From: Deltaproteobacteria bacterium
GTDB taxonomy: Bacteria > Myxococcota > JACRCW01
Direction: 5' to 3'
Assembly: GCA_016218805.1 (NCBI GenBank)
Contig: JACRCW010000163.1
Location: 1-46,395, forward strand
DNA: 46,395 nt
Made by a program: the position numbers and the translations under genes. This document shows positions 39,396 through 46,395 of this stretch, piece by piece. Every line of letters begins with the position of its first letter. Position 1 is the first letter of the stretch. Under the pieces are notes generated by a model, which did not search any database, was not told the DNA's origin, and saw only the letters and a list, made by a program, of their open reading frames with translations.

Positions 39396-39904
39396 GCGAC
39401 ACCCGGGCCACCGTCCTGGTGGTGGAGGATGAGGAGGTGGTGCGGCGGATCCTGGCCGCGCTGCTCACGGACCTGGGCCACCAGGTGCTGGAGGCCGGCG
39501 ACGGTGAGGCGGCCGTGCAGCTGATGGACAGTCACACGCCGGACCTGGTCATCACGGACAAGAACCTGCCCGGCATCTCCGGCCTGGACGTGCTGCGCGC
39601 CGCGCGGGAGCGCCACCCGCACGCGGCGCTGATGGTGGTCACCGGCTACGCCAGCTACGAGTCCGTGGTGGAGGCCCTGCGGCTGGGCGCCTGCGAGTAC
39701 ATGGAGAAACCGTTCCTGGACCTCAAAGCGATCCAGGACCGGGTGCGCGCCGCGCTGGCGGCCCGCGCGTGGCGCCACCCGACTGCGGAGGTGCTGGTGG
39801 ACCGCCTGGTGGAGGCCCTGTCCCGCCGTGAGGACGGCCCGGCCCGCGCCGCCCTGCCCCACGCGCAGGCGGCGCGGGACGCGCTGCATCCGCCCGGTGA
39901 CTGA
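39392..39904 (+). CDS. Receiver-domain response regulator with short C-terminal tail
   Basis: 'VVEDE...ITDKNLPG...VTGY...MEKPF'. GTGA overlap with the upstream gene. Confidence 0.88.
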   Translation: MSDTRATVLVVEDEEVVRRILAALLTDLGHQVLEAGDGEAAVQLMDSHTPDLVITDKNLPGISGLDVLRAARERHPHAALMVVTGYASYESVVEALRLGACEYMEKPFLDLKAIQDRVRAALAARAWRHPTAEVLVDRLVEALSRREDGPARAALPHAQAARDALHPPGD

Positions 39905-39930
39905 GCACCGCGTCACCGCTGGGGCCGAGG

Positions 39931-40270
39931 CGCTGGTCTCCGCGCATGCCCCGTTTGACTGAAACCGGGGCGGGGGACGAGCCCGGACGAGCCCCCGCCC
40001 TACGACCTGGCTGCGAACCTTGTGGTGTACGGCGGGCCCCATTGAGGAGCCGGCGAGCCGTGTTTTTCCGCGCGTTTCCGCTGGTCTCCGCGCATGCCCC
40101 GTAGGGCGGGGGCTCGTCCCCCGCCCGGTTGAGTGACGGGGCCGTTCAGACTGCGCTCCATGCGGAGGTGGGGCGGGTGTCCAGTCACCATGGCGTTTGA
40201 CTGAACCGGCGCGGGGGACGAGCCCCCGCCGTACGACGTGGCTGCGAACCTTGTTGTCCACTGCGGGCCC
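39931..40270. repeat. Cluster of GTAG-family REP-like palindromes in alternating orientation (BIME/REPIN-like)
   Basis: GTAG-GGCGGGGG-CTCGT-CCCCCGCC at 40101-40125 (+), with reverse copies ending at 40003 (ctac) and 40234 (gtac). Linkers are also duplicated: cgctggtctccgcgcatgccccgt at 39931 and 40079, and ggctgcgaaccttgt at 40009 and 40240. Confidence 0.85.
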
Positions 40271-40283
40271 CCGCGTGCGCTCC

Positions 40284-40491
40284 GGATGGTCACTGGGGTG
40301 ACCCAGGTGCCTTCCCCGCCGTTGCAGGATGGTCACTGGGGTGACCCGGGTGCCTTCCCCGCGGCTGCAGGATGGTCACTGGGGTGACCCGGGTGCCTTC
40401 CCCGCCGCCGCAGGATGGTCACTGGGGTGACCCGGGTGCGTTCCCCGCGGCTGCAGGATGGTCACTGAGGTGACCCCAGTGCGTTCCCCGC
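40284..40491. repeat. 43-bp tandem array (about 4.8 copies), each unit containing a hairpin
   Basis: Units start at 40284, 40327, 40370, 40413 and 40456. Consensus GGATGGTCACTGGGGTGACCCGGGTGCCTTCCCCGCnnnnGCA. Confidence 0.95.
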
Positions 40492-40548
40492 ACGCTCCCG
40501 GCCGGCCTTGGTGCCGCCACCGTCCCTCCGCTAGGTTCCCGCGCCCCC

Positions 40549-42258
40549 ATGCCGGACGCTGACCTGGTCGAAACACCCCGCGTGACGGTGCGCTGGCACC
40601 ACCGCGCCCTGGGCCTGCTGGCCGCGGTGCTCTACGCGCTGAGCCACCCGTTTGCCTGGCCCGGCAGCGTGGAGGACGTCACAGCCAGCCTGGCACGCCC
40701 CGCGTGGCTGCTGGGCTTTGTCTGCCTGGTCCCGCTGCTGTGGGCGGTGCGCCGCATGCCCGCGCGCCAGGCCTACCTGTTCAGCGCGTGGGCGTTTGTC
40801 CCCGGCGTGTTCATGCTGCTGCACTGGTTGACCATTGCCATGCACGTGTTTGGCGGGATTCCCAAGGTGTTCTCCGGGCTGCTGCTGGTGCTGCTCAGCA
40901 TCGTGGGGTGGAACTACATGGGTGCCGCCGTCGGCGTGGCGCGCTGGCTGGAGGACCGCGCGCGCTGGCCGGCATGGGCGGCGGTGCCGGTGTGCTGGAC
41001 GGGCATGGAGATGTGCCGTGCGTACATCTATTTCGGCGGGTTCCCGTGGGGGAACATCGGCACCACGCAATGGAACAACCTGTACGTGGCGCAGCTGGGC
41101 GCGTTGGGCGGCGTGTACCTGATCATCGTCCTGTGCGGGCTGGTCAACGGCGTGCTGCTGGAGGTGCTGCGCTCATTCCTGGGCGAACGCCCCTTTCCCT
41201 CCCTGCCCGTGACCGGCGCGGTGCTGGCGCTGGCGGCGTCCTACGCCTACGGCGCCCTGCACATCTCCGCCGTGGACGACGCGCAGGCGCACGCGCCGCG
41301 GGTCCGCGTGGGCATGCTGCAGGGCAACGTGGAGCAGGGCATCAAGAACAAGACCATGCAGTTCCGCGAGCAGATCCTGGCCAAGTATGAGGCGCTGCAG
41401 CGCGACGCGGTGGCCCGCGGCGCGGAGGTGGTCATCTGGCCGGAGGGCGCGCTGCCGGCGCATCTGCCGCGGGATGCGGACTCGCTGCGCGGACGCGGGC
41501 TGCCGGACCTGCAGGGCGCCGCGGGGATCATTGGCACGGACATCATCTGGCAGGACCCGCCGGCGCGTACCGGTCCGGAGTGCCGCCAGCCCAAGCCGCC
41601 GGCCGGCTGCCGCGGGACGCGCTGGATGCACAACAGCGCGCTGGTGGTGGACCCGGCGCAGGGCATCCGCGGGCGGTTTGACAAGACGCACCTGGTCCCA
41701 TTTGGCGAATACGTTCCCTGGCCACTGGGCCTGGTGGCGCGCGCCATTGTCCCGGGCATTGCGGCGTTTGTGCCGGGACAGACCATCACGCCCGTGGACG
41801 TGCCCACGCGCGAAGGCCCGCGCTCCATGGGCGCGCTCATCTGCTACGAAGGCATCTTCCCGCAGTACGCGCGCCGCTACGCCGCGCGCGGCGCGCAGCT
41901 GCTGGTCAACATCACCAACGACGCGTGGTACGGCATCAGCGCCGCCGCCCCGCAGCACCTGGCGTTCTACGCCATGCGCGCGGCGGAGAACGCGCGTGCG
42001 GTGGCCCGCGTGGCCAACACCGGCATCACCGCGGGCATTGACCCGGTGGGCCGGGTGCTCGCGCCCTCCACGCTGTACACGGACGCCGCAGTGGTGCTGG
42101 ACCTGCCGCTCATGGAAACCCCCACGCTCTACCAGCTCACCGGTGACGTCGTGGGATGGGGCTGCGCCGCGCCGTTCCTGTGGGGACTGGGCCGCGGGCT
42201 GCGGGAATGGTATCAGGGGGTCAAGCGTCGCCGACTGGAGAAGCGCGCGGGACGCTGA
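40549..42258 (+). CDS. lnt: Apolipoprotein N-acyltransferase
   Basis: TM domain with 'GGFPW', then 'QGNV' and the nitrilase triad motifs 'WPE', 'K.HLVPFGEY.P' and 'ICYE', plus 'NITNDAWYG' and 'ANTG'. Confidence 0.96.
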   Translation: MPDADLVETPRVTVRWHHRALGLLAAVLYALSHPFAWPGSVEDVTASLARPAWLLGFVCLVPLLWAVRRMPARQAYLFSAWAFVPGVFMLLHWLTIAMHVFGGIPKVFSGLLLVLLSIVGWNYMGAAVGVARWLEDRARWPAWAAVPVCWTGMEMCRAYIYFGGFPWGNIGTTQWNNLYVAQLGALGGVYLIIVLCGLVNGVLLEVLRSFLGERPFPSLPVTGAVLALAASYAYGALHISAVDDAQAHAPRVRVGMLQGNVEQGIKNKTMQFREQILAKYEALQRDAVARGAEVVIWPEGALPAHLPRDADSLRGRGLPDLQGAAGIIGTDIIWQDPPARTGPECRQPKPPAGCRGTRWMHNSALVVDPAQGIRGRFDKTHLVPFGEYVPWPLGLVARAIVPGIAAFVPGQTITPVDVPTREGPRSMGALICYEGIFPQYARRYAARGAQLLVNITNDAWYGISAAAPQHLAFYAMRAAENARAVARVANTGITAGIDPVGRVLAPSTLYTDAAVVLDLPLMETPTLYQLTGDVVGWGCAAPFLWGLGRGLREWYQGVKRRRLEKRAGR

Positions 42259-42275
42259 CGGAGAAGGAACTGCAC

Positions 42276-43458
42276 ATGGCCATCGCCCCCGAGACGCTCA
42301 ACCTCGAGCGCAATCATCTGAAAGACTACAGCGGCCGGCTGGACGAGCTGCGGAGGCATCTTTGACGTCGAGGGCAAAGAAGGGCGTCTCCGCCACCTGG
42401 AGGAGATGAGCGGCCAGGCGGACTTCTGGAACAACGCGGACAAGGCCAAGCAGCTGCTGCAGGAGAAGGCGCGGCTGGAGAAGGTCGTTGCGCCGTACAA
42501 CGCGGCGGCCCGGATGCTGCGGGACGGCGGGGAGCTGTTTGACCTGGCCGAAGCCGAGAACGACGAGTCCATGTTGCTGGCGGTGTTCGGCGACCTGGCC
42601 AAGGCGCGCGCGCTGGTGGAGCAGATGGAGTTCCAGCGGCGGCTGGGTGGCGAGGCGGATCCCAACAACGCCATTGTCTCCATCAACGCGGGCGCCGGCG
42701 GCACGGACAGCCAGGACTGGGCGCAGATGCTGCTGCGCATGTACCAGCGCTACGCGGACCGCCGCGGCTTCAAGGTGGAGCTGATGGACCTGCAGGCGGG
42801 TGACGAGGCCGGCATCAAGAGCGCGTCCTTCTCCGTGGAGGGGGACTACGCGTATGGCAACCTCAAGAGCGAGACGGGCGTGCACCGCCTGGTGCGCATC
42901 AGCCCGTTTGACGGCAACGCGCGGCGGCAGACCAGCTTTGCGTCCGTATTTGTCTACCCTGAGGTCAACGACGACATTATCGACATCCAGCTGGACTGGT
43001 CCCAGATCCGGGTGGACACGCTGCGGTCCGGCGGCGCCGGCGGCCAGCACGTCAACAAGACCGAATCCGCCGTCCGCCTGGTGCACGCCCCCACGCCGAA
43101 TTCCGACGGCAAGGAGATTGTGGTGCTGTGCCAGCAGGAGCGCAGCCAGCACAAGAACCGCGCGCTGGCGGAGAAGCTGCTCAAAGCCAAGCTGTACCAG
43201 TTGGAGATTGACCGGAAGAATTCGGAGCGGGACAAGCTGGAAGCCACCAAGCGGGACATCAGCTTTGGCAGCCAGATCCGCAACTACGTGCTGCACCCCT
43301 ACAAGCTCTGCAAGGACCTGCGCACCGGCCATGAGACCAGCCAGGTGGACGGCGTGCTGGACGGCGAGCTGCAGCCGTTCATTGATGCGTTCCTCATGAA
43401 GGCGGGTGACGCCAAGCTCTCCGGCGGGCAGATCTACGCCGACCCCGACGACATCTGA
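42276..43458 (+). CDS. prfB: Peptide chain release factor 2 (programmed +1 frameshift)
   Basis: A short first ORF, MAIAPE...RRHL, ends in CTT TGA C (42360-42366). The +1 frame continues into a protein with the SPF and GGQ motifs. Confidence 0.97.
42352..42366 (+). other. prfB +1 frameshift signal
   Basis: Internal SD GGAGG (42352-42356), a 3-nt spacer, then CTTTGAC. Confidence 0.95.
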
Positions 43459-43480
43459 GCCACTGGGCGGGAGTTACAGC

Positions 43481-44734
43481 ATGGATGGGAAGATTGATTC
43501 GGGCAGCACCGCGTGGATGCTGACCAGTTCTGCGCTGGTGCTGCTGATGGTGCCGGGGCTGGCGCTGTTCTACGGCGGGATGGTGCGCCGCAAGAACGTG
43601 CTGTCCACCATGATGCACAGCTTTGTAGCCATGGCGGTGATTGGCGTGCAGTGGGTGGTGGTGGGTTACGCGCTCAGCTTCGGGACCAGCGTGGGAGGCT
43701 GGATTGGCTGGGACAGCGCGCTCATCGGGCTCAACGGCCTGAGCCCCGGCAAGCTGTACGCGGACAAGGGCGTGCCGGAGCTGGTGTTTGTGATGTTCCA
43801 GGGCAAGTTTGCCATCATCACGCCGGCGCTCATCTCCGGGGCCATTGCGGAGCGCATGAAGCTGCGCGCGTTCATTGTGTTCATCGCGCTGTGGGCCACG
43901 TTCATCTACTGCCCGCTGGCGCACTGGGTGTGGGCGTCTGACGGGTGGCTGTTCAAGCTGGGCGTGCTGGACTTTGCCGGCGGCACGGTGGTGCACATCT
44001 CCGCGGGCGTGTCCGCGCTGGTGCTGGCCATCCTCGTCGGGCCGCGCCGCGAATACAGCCGCCGCGGCGCCTCCGGCGTGCTGCTGCCCAACAACCTGGC
44101 GCTGACGCTCACGGGCGCGGGGCTGCTGTGGTTTGGGTGGTTTGGCTTCAACGCGGGGAGCGCCGTGGCGGTGGAGTTCCCGGTGGCCGGCGCCGCGGCG
44201 GGGCTGGCGTTCACCACCACGCAGGCGGCCGCGGCCGCGGCGGCGCTGACGTGGATGGTGGTGGAGCGCTGGCACAACGGGAAGGCCACCAGCGTGGGCC
44301 TGGCGTCCGGGATTGTGGCCGGGCTGGTGGCCATCACGCCGGCGGCCGGGCACGTGGCGCCGTGGGCGGCCCTGGTGATGGGCATGCTGAGCAGCCTGGC
44401 GTGCTACGGCGCCGTGCAGCTCAAGCACCGCTTTGGGGTGGATGACACGCTGGACGCGTTCAGCGTGCACGGCGTGGGCGGGCTGCTGGGGGCGGTGCTG
44501 GTTGGCGTGTTCTGCTTCACGCCGGTGGGCGGCGTGCTGGCCGGGAGCTTTGCGCAGCTGGGCAAGCAGCTGGTGGGCGTGGCGGTGGCCGTGGTGTACG
44601 CGGGGGCAGGCACCGCGGTGCTGGCGCTGCTGGTGAAGAAGGTGCTGGGGCTGCGCGTGACGGACCAGATGGAGCGGGACGGCCTGGACATAGGCATCCA
44701 CGGCGAACGCGGATACCACCTGGAGCAGGCGTGA
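43481..44734 (+). CDS. amtB: Ammonium transporter
   Basis: 'GLALFYGGMVR.KN', 'AIAERM', 'DFAGGTVVH', 'LWFGWFGFNAGS' and 'DDTLDAFSVHG'. Confidence 0.97.
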   Translation: MDGKIDSGSTAWMLTSSALVLLMVPGLALFYGGMVRRKNVLSTMMHSFVAMAVIGVQWVVVGYALSFGTSVGGWIGWDSALIGLNGLSPGKLYADKGVPELVFVMFQGKFAIITPALISGAIAERMKLRAFIVFIALWATFIYCPLAHWVWASDGWLFKLGVLDFAGGTVVHISAGVSALVLAILVGPRREYSRRGASGVLLPNNLALTLTGAGLLWFGWFGFNAGSAVAVEFPVAGAAAGLAFTTTQAAAAAAALTWMVVERWHNGKATSVGLASGIVAGLVAITPAAGHVAPWAALVMGMLSSLACYGAVQLKHRFGVDDTLDAFSVHGVGGLLGAVLVGVFCFTPVGGVLAGSFAQLGKQLVGVAVAVVYAGAGTAVLALLVKKVLGLRVTDQMERDGLDIGIHGERGYHLEQA

Positions 44735-44747
44735 AGGGAGAGCCGTC

Positions 44748-45107
44748 ATGAAGCTGGTCATTGCCATCATCCGCCCGGAGCGCCTGGAGGCGGTGCAGGA
44801 GGCGCTGCAGCGCGTCCTGGACGAAGAGGACCGCTACCGCATCACGGTGGACAGCGTGGAGGGCCACGGCGCACAACAGGGTGAAGTGGAGCTGTTCCGC
44901 GGGCAGCGCATCCGCGCGCGCCTGGTGCCGCGCACGCGCGTCATGGTCGCCGTGAATGAGACCTACGTGGAGAAGACCATCAACGCGATCATTGCGGGCG
45001 CGCGCACGGAGGGCGGTGGCGCGGTGGGGGACGGGAAGATCTTTGTGCAGCCGCTGGAGGAGTGCATCCGCATCCGCACGGGTGAGCGCGGCAGCACGGC
45101 AATCTGA
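44748..45107 (+). CDS. glnK: P-II nitrogen regulator (GlnK-like, divergent T-loop)
   Basis: 'MKLVIAIIRP', 'GDGKIFV' and 'IRIRTGE'. Adjacent to amtB. Confidence 0.88.
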   Translation: MKLVIAIIRPERLEAVQEALQRVLDEEDRYRITVDSVEGHGAQQGEVELFRGQRIRARLVPRTRVMVAVNETYVEKTINAIIAGARTEGGGAVGDGKIFVQPLEECIRIRTGERGSTAI

Positions 45108-45113
45108 ATCGAA

Positions 45114-46395
45114 TCACTTCTTGGCGGCGCGCTGCGCCCGCAGGGCCTTGAGGAAACCCTGCACCGCGCGTGCATTACCGCTCGTTGAATCAAGCGCCAG
45201 GTACTTCTCGTAGGCCTTCTCCGCGCCCGGCAGGTCACCGCGCTCCTGCAGCAGCATCCCCATCACCAGGTGCGTGTAGGAGTGCGACGCATCCAGCGCC
45301 TCCGCCTTGCGCAGCTGCCGGAGCGCCTCGTCCTGGTTCCCGAGCTCGTACTGCACGCGGCCCAGCTGCGCGTACGCACGCGCGCTCCCCGGGTCAAACT
45401 TCAGCGCGCTCTCAAACGCCTTCTTCGCGTCCTCGTACTTCTCCTGGTCAAGCAGCTTCTTCCCCTTCTCAAAGCGGTCCGCAAACAGCCGCTTGGGGTC
45501 ATCCGCCGGCTTTTCGGCGGGCTTCTCCACCGGCTTGGCGGCGACGGGCGCCACCACCGGCTGCTCCACCGGCTTGGCTGGCACCGGGGCGGGCTGCACC
45601 GCCGCCACCGCGGGTTTCTCCGCCGCCAGCTCCCCGGCCAGTTCCGCCGCGCTCTTGGGCGGGGCGGCGGACGCGGCCGGCTCCGTCGTGTCGTGCCGGA
45701 CCAGCTCCGCGGCGGCCTCCTGCTGGCTCTTCACCTGCGCGCCCATGTCCGGGATGACCACGTTGGGCGTGGGCGCGGCGGGCGCCGGTTCGGCCACCGG
45801 CGGGGCCTCCGCGGTGGGCGCCGCCGGCGGCGCGGAGGACAGGAACAACAGCACCAGCAGCAGCGCCACGGTCCCCACGCCCGCGGACACGTACAGGAAC
45901 AGGCGCTTGTTGGACTCCTCGGCGTCCGCGGCGGCGTTCTTGTCCAGCAGCGCCTCAATCTCCTTCACGTCGGACCCGCGGGTGAAGAATGTGTCGTGCT
46001 CGTCACTGGTGACGGACATCCGCCGGGGCGGGGCCGGCGCCGGGTTCAGCGCGGACTCCTCGGGCGGGCCGGTGCGCGGCGGGGGCGTGGGCGTCTCCGC
46101 CGGGGCGGGGGCCGCAGCCGGTGCCGGCGGCGCAGCGGCGGGCGGGTCGGTCACCGCGTCGGGGCCGGCCATGCGGGAGCCGCCCTCGTCATTCAGGGGG
46201 GCGCGCCCCTCAGGCGGCAACGGAACGGGCGACACCGGGGTGAGCTCGTCCTCCGGGCGGTCCTCCGGGCTGCGCTCGGGGCGCTCCGTCCAGCGGGTGA
46301 TGGCCGGCTCCGGCGCACCGGCACCGCGGGCCAGGCGGACCTCGTCCCGCGCGCGCGGGGCCGGCGCCGCCGCCGCAGGCGCCGTGGCGGGCGCG
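45114..46395 (-). CDS. Membrane-anchored TPR protein with Pro/Ala-rich linkers (5' end runs off the window)
   Basis: TM 'LFLYVSAGVGTVALLLVLLFL' and C-terminal TPRs 'YEDAKKAFESALKFDPGSARAY'. The frame has no stop between 46235 and the window edge. Confidence 0.82.
   Translation of the reverse strand, partial: APATAPAAAAPAPRARDEVRLARGAGAPEPAITRWTERPERSPEDRPEDELTPVSPVPLPPEGRAPLNDEGGSRMAGPDAVTDPPAAAPPAPAAAPAPAETPTPPPRTGPPEESALNPAPAPPRRMSVTSDEHDTFFTRGSDVKEIEALLDKNAAADAEESNKRLFLYVSAGVGTVALLLVLLFLSSAPPAAPTAEAPPVAEPAPAAPTPNVVIPDMGAQVKSQQEAAAELVRHDTTEPAASAAPPKSAAELAGELAAEKPAVAAVQPAPVPAKPVEQPVVAPVAAKPVEKPAEKPADDPKRLFADRFEKGKKLLDQEKYEDAKKAFESALKFDPGSARAYAQLGRVQYELGNQDEALRQLRKAEALDASHSYTHLVMGMLLQERGDLPGAEKAYEKYLALDSTSGNARAVQGFLKALRAQRAAKK

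Noticed and set aside
40284..40491. CRISPR array
   Set aside because: The variable part is only about 7 nt and is repeated rather than unique. There is no spacer-sized sequence, AT-rich leader or nearby cas gene.
42360..42366. prfB pseudogene or sequencing frameshift
   Set aside because: It matches the canonical programmed frameshift signal.

Overview
High-GC, gene-dense chromosomal window, most likely from a myxobacterium-like organism (Myxococcota/deltaproteobacterial). The clues are a MYXO-CTERM-like protein, an AgmX/PglI-type TonB-C protein, a PEGA Ser/Thr kinase, 'DKNLPG' receiver domains and split nuo genes. The backbone holds housekeeping and signalling genes: two LolE/FtsX-type permeases, a Zur/Fur regulator, ftsY, nuoN, nuoC/nuoD, a HAD 5'-nucleotidase, fbaB, a GAF-HD-GYP protein, two histidine kinases, moaC, lnt, prfB with its +1 frameshift, and amtB-glnK. 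The most notable block is a compositionally distinct region at about 19.6-26 kb. It encodes a lipoprotein and a fimU-pilV-pilW-pilX-like minor-pilin operon with very large Cys-rich PilW (~474 aa) and PilX (666 aa). There is no pilY1; a DUF4082/FN3/MYXO-CTERM-like surface protein occupies that position. Facing it divergently is an ECF sigma / small anti-sigma operon coupled to a second, small PilV/PilX-like pair. Non-coding structure includes GTAG-type REP-like palindromes (1-196, 39931-40270) and a 43-bp hairpin tandem array (40284-40491). No rRNA, tRNA, CRISPR-cas or transposase was recognised. All family calls come from motif recognition by eye, not database searches.
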